Assembly: GCA_021324415.1 (NCBI GenBank)
Contig: JAJPJF010000396.1
Location: 2,730-34,729 of the forward strand
From: Nostocales cyanobacterium Centralia_MAG_434
GTDB taxonomy: Bacteria > Cyanobacteriota > Cyanobacteriia > Cyanobacteriales > Nostocaceae
Direction of reading: 5' to 3'
DNA: 32,000 nucleotides
The notes beneath the pieces were generated by a model. The model made no database searches and was not told the origin of the DNA. It saw only the letters and a list, made by a program, of their open reading frames with translations. Position 1 is the first letter of the stretch, and every line of letters starts with the position of its first letter. Below, piece by piece: positions 15,806 to 24,723 of this stretch. Position numbers and translations under genes: made by a program.

Positions 15806-17428
15806 ATGTTCAATCAAACAATACCAAATTCTCTTGCACCATGCATAGAGGATAGTGCTGTTATTGACCCCTACAATTCCCAAACAACTTCAACAGTTGA
15901 TTTTGCCAACCTTAACAGTAGTATTCAAGAAACCTTCACTGCCATTGATAGATTTGAATGGCAGGTGTCGGAAGAATTGCGATTGATGCGAGATAATCGC
16001 TATTACAAAGATGCGGGTTATACCTGTTTTGAAGACTACTGTGAAAACGAGTTGAGCAAATATGGAGGATACCGCAGGGTCAGAGATTTACTTGCAGCCA
16101 AGAAAGTGGTTGATGCCCTTCCCGAAAATCTTAAGGAAAGGATTACCAAACCTGCCCAAACACGTCCGCTTCTGCGGTTGGTCAAAAATCCAGACAAGTT
16201 GCATGAGGCTGTGGCGATCGCAGTCCAAGAAAAACCTTTTCCCACTGCTGCCGATTTCGCCAAAGCAGTTCAACAAGTTATGCCGAGCGATAAAAGTACC
16301 CTAAAAAAGGAGAAAAGTCAAACGCAATTGTGTCAATCGGTCAGGATTTCATCACAATCACACTCCAGATATGGGGAAGAGGGAGTGATTGAAACAGACC
16401 CACCAAATCATTGGCAGCAGCTTGTCACTTTAACAGACGGCGAGAAACTACTAGTTAACAATGCGGATTTAGATGGTCTAAGTGTTCCTTGTCCCAAAGA
16501 ACGGCCTTACCCAGCAGAATATGCTGAAGCGATTGCTGCCATTGAAGAACGCCATAAACAGGAACTAGAGCGACTAGAACAAGACTTAAGAATTGGGCTA
16601 CAAGCAGAAGCAACAGCCAGGGCAGAACAACAAATAAAAGAACAGGTGGAATCACTACAAAAGTTGTTGAGGCAGCAGAAAGAGCAAAACATTCACCTGC
16701 AGCAACGGCTGGATGAGATGGAGGGGCTAAGGCAGCTGGAATTTGAAAACCAACAACTTAAGCAGCGTATTTTGGAACTAGAACATGCAGTAGAACAACG
16801 TCCTCAACAGCAGTGGGAGGATACTTTCACGAAAGGGGCGACTAAAGCACTAAACAAGCAGCTAAAGCTTGCATTGGAAAGGACAATTGATTTGCGCTCG
16901 TTGGCAGTTGAACCCCCAAAAGAAAATGCACAGGAATGTTTGCTGCTAATGGGGATGGCATTGAAGAATCTTGCCAGTGCCATGAATAACACCCAGGCAC
17001 TTCAAGCAGCAGCAATTATCCTGGGGAGTGAGCCGACACCGCAGGCGATCGCATATAGAGCCGAGCAATTGCAACTACTACCGCAAGCAGTTAGTGATAT
17101 TCGGTGTGTGCTGGCCAAGTCTGAGTGCACTTGGCAGGACTATTGGAGTGTGGCTCAAAACTACGAGCTAATTAAACAAGACTATCTGGCAGAGTTAACA
17201 CCGCAACAGATACAGCTAATTGATGCCTTAGAGAAAGCCAATTCACAACAAAAAACGATGGGAGATGGTTCCATAGTAGCCCATGCTGACCCCTATAGCG
17301 CTTTGTATAAGGCGAGGGGGGAGGTTATTCAAGACCTGGGTGATGAAGTCCAAGTAGCTTGGGAACATTGGAAAGACCAACCCAAAAAATCAGACCGATA
17401 TTTTAAGGATGAGTTGCGACTGTTGTAA
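15806..17428 (+). CDS. large coiled-coil protein, possible plasmid replication or maintenance factor
   Basis: Track ORF 15716..17428 begins with TTG, so I trimmed it to the first ATG (MFNQTIPN). The N-terminal domain reads RYYKDAGYTCFEDYCENELSKYGGYRRVRDLLAAKKV. The central region is Q/E/L-rich coiled coil. Confidence 0.6.
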   Translation: MFNQTIPNSLAPCIEDSAVIDPYNSQTTSTVDFANLNSSIQETFTAIDRFEWQVSEELRLMRDNRYYKDAGYTCFEDYCENELSKYGGYRRVRDLLAAKKVVDALPENLKERITKPAQTRPLLRLVKNPDKLHEAVAIAVQEKPFPTAADFAKAVQQVMPSDKSTLKKEKSQTQLCQSVRISSQSHSRYGEEGVIETDPPNHWQQLVTLTDGEKLLVNNADLDGLSVPCPKERPYPAEYAEAIAAIEERHKQELERLEQDLRIGLQAEATARAEQQIKEQVESLQKLLRQQKEQNIHLQQRLDEMEGLRQLEFENQQLKQRILELEHAVEQRPQQQWEDTFTKGATKALNKQLKLALERTIDLRSLAVEPPKENAQECLLLMGMALKNLASAMNNTQALQAAAIILGSEPTPQAIAYRAEQLQLLPQAVSDIRCVLAKSECTWQDYWSVAQNYELIKQDYLAELTPQQIQLIDALEKANSQQKTMGDGSIVAHADPYSALYKARGEVIQDLGDEVQVAWEHWKDQPKKSDRYFKDELRLL

Positions 17429-17541
17429 CTCAAGCAGGTTCAGTTTTTTCAACACACAAACATGAATATCCGCAAAACAACAAAACCCGCGCTCGCTGTG
17501 GGTGAAATTGCCGTGCGCCAACAAAAACAGGAGGTTGTAAG

Positions 17542-18735
17542 ATGACTGCTACTATGACTCGTCCCATTGCCAAGAAATCTGCTGCTGCCAGTAAACCACA
17601 ATCCCCATATAAAAGACTTCATGTGATTATTCCAATAAAAGATATGCTTTGGGCGCAAGAGCAAAAACATTCAGTGACACAATTGTGGCAAGAATGTTGG
17701 ACGGCGGACCCCTACGGTTCTCGGTGGATGCCTTTATCTACGGCGCTGAGCTACAGCACGTTTATGTGTGCCAAGAAAGTTCTTGCCCAAAGCGGGTTAT
17801 TCATTTTCAAACCAGACAAGTCGATACAAGACGGGCGAGAAACTGTTGGCTGGATGGTGCGTAATCTTCACGGTAGCCGGATGAAAGATTTTTGGGAGGA
17901 AGTAGATTCTGCATCACCAAAACCAGATGTAGAAAAACAACAATCTTCTTCTCAAAATCTAGAATCAAATGCTGAGAATACGGGGATAGATGCTGGCACT
18001 AAAGAAATAGATTATTTGTACAAAGCGTCTATTTCAGGTGAAACTCCCGAACTGCAAGGATTCGGTGCACCCTCACGAACTGCTCAGGAACACCTCACAA
18101 ACTCTTCAAAAGAGTTTGTGAGGTGTTCTTGTTCCACGCCAAACGAAAATTCGCGTGTGGAGGAGACGGCGATTGCGCCCCCCTTGGGCGCATCGCCTCC
18201 AGTAATGTATTGCGTGGAACAGAAGGAAGAACAGCCACCTGTGGTGGCAGACTGCACATCGCTAACGCTCGTGGATGTTGTACAGGGTCAATCTGCTTTG
18301 TTAGAGGGAGAAAACCAGAATTTGGGTGTGGAGCCGGAAGTCTCTGATGAGGACACTTATTCCGCCGCGCCCGTTGCCCAAAATGAAAAATCTTCAACTG
18401 AAGCGAGTCATTCCTCTGCTGTATTGATGGCTGAAAACTCGGTTTCTCTTGGAGAAAGCAACGCATCTTGTGAGGACGAAGGTTCCGCGTCGCCTGTTCT
18501 CGATGCTGAAAAATGGTCAGAAGAAGCGATTTTTGCCAGGTTAAAATCACGTCCTAGAAGACTGCAAAGGCTCAAAACTGCTCAAGTTCTTGCAGAAAAC
18601 CCAGGTTTTGAATACCTGCAAGAATGCTGGAATGACGACCCTGCCTTACAGATAGTCATCAAGAAGCTGCTGGCGAAGTTTCCGCAGTGGGGGATTGCTT
18701 GTGTGGAGGGACAGTTGGTTAAGTGGAATGGCTAG
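17542..18735 (+). CDS. hypothetical protein, possible replication initiator (winged-helix-like N-terminus)
   Basis: 397-aa ORF with a strong RBS (caggagg, 8 nt upstream). The motif QECWxxDP occurs near both termini (LWQECWTADPYG and LQECWNDDPALQ). The centre is acidic, S-rich and low-complexity. Confidence 0.6.
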   Translation: MTATMTRPIAKKSAAASKPQSPYKRLHVIIPIKDMLWAQEQKHSVTQLWQECWTADPYGSRWMPLSTALSYSTFMCAKKVLAQSGLFIFKPDKSIQDGRETVGWMVRNLHGSRMKDFWEEVDSASPKPDVEKQQSSSQNLESNAENTGIDAGTKEIDYLYKASISGETPELQGFGAPSRTAQEHLTNSSKEFVRCSCSTPNENSRVEETAIAPPLGASPPVMYCVEQKEEQPPVVADCTSLTLVDVVQGQSALLEGENQNLGVEPEVSDEDTYSAAPVAQNEKSSTEASHSSAVLMAENSVSLGESNASCEDEGSASPVLDAEKWSEEAIFARLKSRPRRLQRLKTAQVLAENPGFEYLQECWNDDPALQIVIKKLLAKFPQWGIACVEGQLVKWNG

Positions 18736-18955
18736 CTTGAGTATTACGCCGTCAATAGAGTTGGGTAAACGTCCAGCCTTGACACTTGCCTCGTCCTTGA
18801 AGGGTTTCGGGTTCGGTTCCGAATTACCTCCTTTTATCCCTGCTTCAACTGTTTGATAACTAGTCTCAGGGCTGGGGGATACGCTGTCACCGCTGCACCT
18901 GCGGGATAGGACTTGGCTTGTTGCCTCACCTATATGATTGTACTATATTGATACT

Positions 18956-19525
18956 TCATTGGAGTTCTTGTAATCTTTGATTCGCTTCATCTATGTCGAA
19001 AATATTTGGGTTAAAGGTTTCACCTACCCATTCAATCCTCTCTTCATATTCTGGGTGCGATGGGTCAGTAATAATTTCAAGTAACTCTGCATAGCCCCAA
19101 GAACCTCCACAATCTTCAGGAGGACAAGCACGCTTCCCAGTAATGCATACAGGGTAGTTTGTATCTGGAGAATATGGTAGTTCTTTTTCGACTAAAATTT
19201 CGTGTTCCCAGCTATCTCCAAAATCGTAAGTGTAGAAGAATTTGGACTTTTCACTGTTAACCACCTGACGAAGAATGACACTTTTTTCCGAACGGACATT
19301 AAAGTCATATTCTGGTTGAGATTGACCGTAATCAATACCAGCAATGGTCCATGAATGCATATGATAATTATCCCAGCCCATTGCCGCTTGCACAATCAGA
19401 TGTAGCTGTTGAAGCGTTGTCGAACTTAATACCTGTATCCTTCTCCAAATAGGGGGTCGAATGTCCCTAAGGGTGATTTTCAGTTGGTAAACGGTTTGAT
19501 TGCTTGTGGATTTTTTCGTTGCCAT
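18956..19525 (-). CDS. plasmid pRiA4b ORF-3 family protein (PF07929-like)
   Basis: 189-aa ORF. The N-terminus shows the hallmark YQLKITLRDIRPPIWRRIQV...LHLIVQAAMGWDNYHMHSW, followed by YTYDFGDSWEHEI. Confidence 0.85.
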   Translation of the reverse strand: MATKKSTSNQTVYQLKITLRDIRPPIWRRIQVLSSTTLQQLHLIVQAAMGWDNYHMHSWTIAGIDYGQSQPEYDFNVRSEKSVILRQVVNSEKSKFFYTYDFGDSWEHEILVEKELPYSPDTNYPVCITGKRACPPEDCGGSWGYAELLEIITDPSHPEYEERIEWVGETFNPNIFDIDEANQRLQELQ

Positions 19526-20138
19526 AGTTGCTTGCTCAATATTAGTATCCCAATTGCATTAATCTGATTCCAGATAGGAGTGATCAATTTTGGTAGATTT
19601 TCGCACCTCGACCCTAAATTCTTGATTTAGGTACACCCAGCATGAAGGAATGAGGTGCCACCAACACATTCTCGTTGTGGCACTCTCAGTTGGGGTCTTT
19701 TTATGCTTTCTACTGTACTATATAAACTAGTACAGTAGTACATCCGAACTATGAAAAAGCAATCCGCCTTTAGCGTTGGGCAGAAAGTCTACTCATATCT
19801 TGCACCTCTAAGTATAGACCCTGATATCTTAAAAAGATGCGCAATAAAGCTACTTCAATTTTATGGGCTTTTATCGGTAAATCAAGGGTTTTGCTTTCTT
19901 ACTGAGTAATAAAATTACATCAATTTTTCTTGGTGCAAGATATGAGTCTACGTTAGTGACCCCAGAATGCCCCAATATGGCAGACGGGTGACAATTCGCG
20001 GTTTTTTAGATGGACGCAGTTTGGGCATGTTTTTGATTTGCAGAGATGATCGGGGAAATGAATTGCTGCTGCAACTAGAGGAGATTTCTGCTATCTTACC
20101 CCAATCAATCAGAATGTAGCCAAAGTTAGCATACAGGT

Positions 20139-20654
20139 TCAAATCTCTTCCATATCTTTTGGTTTCACCTCATACAGAGTTGAGGCTACAGAAAGATGGC
20201 GATGTTTCCCCGTACCTTTTAAAGTAAAATCTGCTATAAAACGTTTAATATTCGCAAAATATTTCTTTTTCCGCATAATTAGTTCGGATATGAGTTGTTT
20301 TGTCTCTTCTTGCGCTTGTGGATCTCCAAGCAGAATTCTTCCTATGAACTGATCAACCATCTTTTGTTGCTTTGTTTCAGGAAGTAGGGATATATTCCAA
20401 GCAAACACAGCCAACTCATATAAACTTCTGTGCGCTTCTATATTGTGTACGGTATCGATATAAGGGTCAATGAACTCTTCCAAGACTTCTGACATTTTTT
20501 CAGCTCCTGGTGGTTCAATAACTATCTCTACTGCGGAAGAGCCAAGTGCACCTTTTTTGACTTTCTGTGCTAATTCATTTAAGTGTTTTTGGTTATCTTT
20601 TGATTGTTTTTGCTGTTTGAGTAATTCTTGAAACTCCTTGGATTGTTTGGGCAT
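20139..20654 (-). CDS. hypothetical protein
   Basis: 171-aa ORF with a basic N-terminus followed by EKMSEVLEEFIDPYID...AVFAWNISLLPE. I recall seeing this pattern in cyanobacterial hypotheticals, but cannot name a family. Confidence 0.55.
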   Translation of the reverse strand: MPKQSKEFQELLKQQKQSKDNQKHLNELAQKVKKGALGSSAVEIVIEPPGAEKMSEVLEEFIDPYIDTVHNIEAHRSLYELAVFAWNISLLPETKQQKMVDQFIGRILLGDPQAQEETKQLISELIMRKKKYFANIKRFIADFTLKGTGKHRHLSVASTLYEVKPKDMEEI

Positions 20655-20874
20655 AATGCAGTAGCCTTCTTGTTTTGTGCCAAATGCTAGTTCGATGGTT
20701 TCAATTAGCTTAACGCATTTCCAGTATAGGTTTTTCGTGTGTAATTCTTTTTACTAGTTGTCGACTTTTATAGAAGTTGCCTTGGAGCATGGCTGAACTG
20801 GAGTATTAAGGCAGTCGCTACAATAGGAGCGATGCCTGTGGCGGGCTATGCCTACGCACTAATATTATATTTAT

Positions 20875-21111
20875 ATGAAGTTTAATTTAATAGGCATGGA
20901 AGTTTTAAAACTGACTACAAAAACAGACGAATTGGCTTATTTAAATATTAATATTCCGACCCAGTTAACGGCAGTCAAGGTGAATGTTGTTGTTGTTTTG
21001 AATCCAGTTTCAGCAGCCAGTAAGCAGAACTTCAAGTATGATTTTTCTGATTTAGTGGGGCGGTTAACCTGGGAGGGAGATGCAGTAACAATGCAGAGGA
21101 ATTTACGCTAG
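20875..21111 (+). CDS. VapB-like antitoxin
   Basis: 78-aa ORF. The C-terminus FDFSDLVGRLTWEGDAVTMQRNLR matches the tail of cyanobacterial antitoxins that precede PIN toxins. A PIN gene follows immediately. Confidence 0.55.
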   Translation: MKFNLIGMEVLKLTTKTDELAYLNINIPTQLTAVKVNVVVVLNPVSAASKQNFKYDFSDLVGRLTWEGDAVTMQRNLR

Positions 21112-21113
21112 GG

Positions 21114-21594
21114 AGTGGTTATCGCTACCTGCTAGATACGAATGCGATCATGGCCCTGCTGCAAGGAACTACCCAACTTATTCAATTACTACAAAATGCT
21201 GATTATGCACTTACCAGTAATAAAATGTCCAGCCTTTGAAAGTTGATCTGTAGGCGCAGTAGGTTATTCGTGGTAATAAGGCTGGACATTTTATTTTTTG
21301 GATCTCCCTTAGATAGCAGTTTCAGTCATTAGTCAAATTGAGTTTCTAGCTTTTTCTGGGCTAGGACAAAATGATCGCCAACTTTTTCAGCAGTTTATTC
21401 AGCGTGTTGAAGTGATCGATTTGGTAACAAATAACACAGTTTTGCTTGAGAAAATTATTGAATTTCGTCAACAATTTCGGTTAAAATTACCAGATGCAAT
21501 AATTGCGGCAATGGCAATCCAAAATTCTGCAAGTTTGGTAACTGCTGACCAAGAATTTGCAAAAGTAACGGCTCTCAAGGTAATCAATTGGTAG
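21114..21594 (+). pseudogene. vapC: PIN-domain VapC toxin gene interrupted by a MITE
   Basis: The N-terminal part reads RYLLDTNAIMALLQGTTQLIQLLQNADY, ending at 21206. The C-terminal part reads IAVSVISQIEFLAF...LVTADQEFAKV (21313-21594). Removing 106 nt (21207-21312) joins the two in frame. No clear start codon. Confidence 0.7.
21207..21312. mobile_element. 106-nt hairpin MITE, copy 1
   Basis: There is a 16-bp perfect stem, aataaaatgtccagcc (21219-21234) with ggctggacattttatt (21280-21295). The flanking arms are shared with copy 2 at 31846-31952. It sits inside vapC. Confidence 0.75.
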
Positions 21595-21905
21595 CGATCA
21601 CACTACAAAATTAGATGATCGCACTCATAAATCTCAGCAATTGCTCTTCGTGGCTCCTCACAGCAGTGGCATTGGTCGCAGTTGAGATAAGGGTGGCTTC
21701 GCTTTATCGTTAAATACCCAGCCTGTTGCAGAGATAATTGCTATAGGCTGGGATTTAGGTTTAGTAGTGTGTGTCTTAAATTGATGCTGTTGTGCTGTGG
21801 TAAATGGTAAGCGTGTGTGAGTTGTGAAATCTTGTTAAGAGTTCCCTTTGAACTCTAGATATGACTATTAGACACCACTCACAAAACCTGATGATAACAG
21901 TCAGA

Positions 21906-22379
21906 CTATCTCGTTAGTGCAGCTTCAATATCTGGCTCTAGTTTAGCTTTAGCTTTCTGAAACTCCTGACCCAATTCCGTCAGTTGCTGCTCATCCATAC
22001 ACTCGCGTACAGCACTAAAAATTTCGCTTTCTTCTTCTTCTACATGATGTTGAACAGCTTCTTTTAATTCACTCAATTTCTCTTGAAACTGAGAATCAGT
22101 CGGTTGGAGAGCTTTTATTTCTTCCAAAAGAACTGAAACTTCTTCATGTTCTTGTTCAGCTTCCTCAACATACTCTTCAGTTTCGTCATATTCGCGCATG
22201 GCTGGGTAAAAAACTAACTCTTCAGCTCTTGCATGTAAGTTCAATGCTTTATAGATTTGATTGAAGTGCTCATGTAATTTACCTTTCTTAGCTTTCTCTA
22301 TTTCTGCAAAAAGTTGCTCAACTTGACGATGCTCTGCTTCAATTAATGAAAGAATGTCTGTTGCTTTAGTTTTAGCCAT
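21906..22379 (-). CDS. hemerythrin-like (HHE cation-binding) domain protein
   Basis: 157-aa ORF with H/E metal-ligand helices (IEAEHRQVEQLF; HARAEELVFYP; EQEHEEV; HHVEEEESEIF). Confidence 0.8.
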   Translation of the reverse strand: MAKTKATDILSLIEAEHRQVEQLFAEIEKAKKGKLHEHFNQIYKALNLHARAEELVFYPAMREYDETEEYVEEAEQEHEEVSVLLEEIKALQPTDSQFQEKLSELKEAVQHHVEEEESEIFSAVRECMDEQQLTELGQEFQKAKAKLEPDIEAALTR

Positions 22380-22845
22380 TTTCCCCTCCTAGGAAGGATT
22401 TATTCCTTGTGTTAGCAGTTCAAAAATGTGCATCATATTTCATAAATTTTCCTGAATTGAGTCAATCGAAACCTCATTCTTTGAGAAGCTTTAGTTGAGA
22501 CTTAAGGAACATTTTAGTTCATAAAAATCTACCGCTTTTGCTGAATGACAAAGCTTTTTGTAACTTTTAGTACAAACACAGGTATACATTTTCTCTTTAA
22601 TTGCAAAAGCACTATGATGTTGAGATAATGCCCAGCTGCTCGTTCAGGCGAATTTCAAGGTTGAAGAGTGAGCCATGTCCCGATATGCATCCTCTAAAAT
22701 AAAGCCAAAACAGAGCATTATACCGATACTTCAATCTCTGTTTAAGGTTAGTCAAGAAGCACTAGGTAATGTTGTTGCTGTGAGCGCTTGTGTCAAAGAG
22801 ACATCTGATATCTGTCCCTTCTCTGCCTCTATATAATAATTTGCT

Positions 22846-23415
22846 CTATATTTGATTTTCTGAAAGTCCTTTACTCGTAACTCTAATTAAAAAACGCAGA
22901 GCTTCATTAACTGCTTCCGAACTAGGAAACATTTCTGCAACATCCGGTTCTAAAAAAACTGTTAATCCTTCAGTCTTCTTATGGATATCTTCAACTTTTC
23001 TCACATAGTTGTCTTTTAAATCCTGAGGTGAACGAGGTTTATTATCACCTATAGGTTTTTGGGAAGATGTAGCATTTAATTTATTTACAAGTGTTTCCCA
23101 ACTATTAGCTTTCAGGTTAAAGTGAGCCTTTGCATCTCGTAATGTTTTATATTGTTGCTTGAGGATATCAACAGTATAAATATGTGTTGGAAATGGCTGT
23201 TGTTCTAGATTAAGGTCTTCCTCAACCATATCAACTACTTCATTAATAAGTCGGTCATGATTTTCACTAATCTGAGCCGCGGCTCCTAAAATTCGCGCAG
23301 TTGCTTTTATCTGTACTTCAGTCTCTTGTTTAAGGCGATCAGCAATAGTGCGAATTTGCTCTCCCAACTTCGCTTTCCCTTGATTTCCCTTAGCTGGTAC
23401 TGATTGTTTACTCAT
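22846..23415 (-). CDS. hypothetical protein
   Basis: 189-aa ORF, 11 nt downstream of the coiled-coil gene and so probably co-transcribed. Confidence 0.55.
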   Translation of the reverse strand: MSKQSVPAKGNQGKAKLGEQIRTIADRLKQETEVQIKATARILGAAAQISENHDRLINEVVDMVEEDLNLEQQPFPTHIYTVDILKQQYKTLRDAKAHFNLKANSWETLVNKLNATSSQKPIGDNKPRSPQDLKDNYVRKVEDIHKKTEGLTVFLEPDVAEMFPSSEAVNEALRFLIRVTSKGLSENQI

Positions 23416-23426
23416 AAGGGCAGTTC

Positions 23427-24176
23427 TTATTCAGAAAGTATTTCTTTAATCGCAAGCCAGATGCGTTTAAACTTCTGTACCAGGCCCATAGGATTGCTTG
23501 TGGTTTCCTCTTCCACTGAATCAACTAATGATTGAATTCGATCCAAACGTTCTGCGACAACATAAAGGTTGTTTACTGCCTCATCCTTACTTGCTAAGGA
23601 TTCACGCAACAGTACAACCATCTCAGCAATTTCGCGTTTTAGTCGCTCGTTCTCAGCTTTACGGCGAGTTTCCCATCCCTTAATACTAGCCTTGGAACGT
23701 CGTTCATGCTTGAGTTCTGCTTTAGTCTCATTGTATAGAGTCAAATACATTTCTCGCTCAGAACTGACTGCCTCATACTTGGAAAGTAGTTCAGTAGCTC
23801 TAGCTTTTTCTTCGTTATAGAGGCAGAGAGTCTGTTGATAATTTTTTTGCTCATCAATATAGAGATGGTAGTTTTGAGCAGCACGCTCTTTTAGCTCATC
23901 AACTTCGACTTGATAAGTTTGGATTTCTTGCTGAACAAGAACCAATTGAGAAGCAGCTTCCTCATTTTCCTTGGCGCGTTGTTGCCATTCATCACGCTGA
24001 GAAGCAGCTTCCTCATTTTCCTTAGCGCGTTGTTGCCATTCATCACGTTGGGCACGAGCAGTCATCAATAGTTGTTTAAGCTCATGAGGAGAAGCTGGTT
24101 CTTTCTGACGTGAGCGGGGATGATTAGTGCTATTATCATCATTAGAATCCCTTCGATCTGCTCTCCTCATTGGCAT
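23427..24176 (-). CDS. coiled-coil protein with an internal 17-aa duplication
   Basis: 249-aa ORF. QRDEWQQRAKENEEAAS occurs twice in tandem. The sequence is heptad-rich and contains a KGWETRRKAE motif. Confidence 0.6.
   Translation of the reverse strand: MPMRRADRRDSNDDNSTNHPRSRQKEPASPHELKQLLMTARAQRDEWQQRAKENEEAASQRDEWQQRAKENEEAASQLVLVQQEIQTYQVEVDELKERAAQNYHLYIDEQKNYQQTLCLYNEEKARATELLSKYEAVSSEREMYLTLYNETKAELKHERRSKASIKGWETRRKAENERLKREIAEMVVLLRESLASKDEAVNNLYVVAERLDRIQSLVDSVEEETTSNPMGLVQKFKRIWLAIKEILSE
23948..24049 (-). repeat. 2 x 51-bp in-frame tandem duplication
   Basis: gagaagcagcttcctcattttcctt[g/a]gcgcgttgttgccattcatcacg[c/t]t appears at 23948 and again at 23999. Confidence 0.85.
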
Positions 24177-24723
24177 AGTTGAACTTCCTAAGTGAAATTT
24201 TTTATACCTAAATGTAAAAATTCAGTTTAGCTGATAGCGACTAACTCTGGTGTAATCCTGGTTCTGTTACTAATTCAAGTTGGCTTTACTAATCATGAGA
24301 TTTTAGCCGAACAAGTCCCAGCACAAGGCTGAACTTGCAGATATTTAGGTCTATGCTTGGATACACCTTGAGTGTGCAGCTTTTCGGACTGTAGGGCAAT
24401 ATTGCTGCTGAGACTCCTGTAACTTGGGTTGAGGCGGTACATTAGACAAAAGTATTTGCGGTTAGCAGAACGTCAGCGATTAGGTGATCGCTAGTCCCTC
24501 AAGAATGCTTATAACTGAAACACTCCCTTTTTTTCTGGGATCTGTTTCGGAGATTTTGCAAGCAATGCCCACCCTACAAGATTAGGCGATCACTTGCTTC
24601 ATCGTTTTCAACTACTTGGCACTAGGTGACAGTTTCTCTAGCTTTAGGCGCTAATGGTATTGTTAGCATTCAGTCTCTAATATAGTACATTAGTACTAAA
24701 GACGATTCATTCAATCCAAATAC

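Noticed and set aside
16036-16992. Several 60-80-aa ORFs on both strands inside the 15806..17428 gene. The same applies to 18095..18550 and 18123..18347 inside the 397-aa gene.
   Set aside because: They are shadow frames of long, well-supported ORFs, and their composition is typical of antisense to Q/E-rich coding sequence.
19948-20142. 64-aa minus-strand ORF overlapping the stop of the 171-aa gene.
   Set aside because: It has a TTG start and an S/C-rich low-complexity stretch. The opposite strand encodes a more protein-like 50-aa ORF, so neither is reported as a firm feature.
20120-20145. T-loop-like ggttcaaatc, considered as part of a tRNA.
   Set aside because: The flanking bases cannot form a T-stem or an acceptor stem. 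It lies at the 3' end of a protein gene.
20800-20850. ggagcgatgcctgtggcgggctatgcctacgc, which resembles a dispersed GC-rich repeat I associate with Nostoc genomes.
   Set aside because: There is only one copy in this window and I cannot verify the family from memory.
22675-22836. 53-aa plus-strand ORF (MSRYASSKIKPKQSIIPILQSLFKV...) convergent on the 189-aa gene.
   Set aside because: No RBS, no recognisable motif, and it is too short to support from sequence alone.
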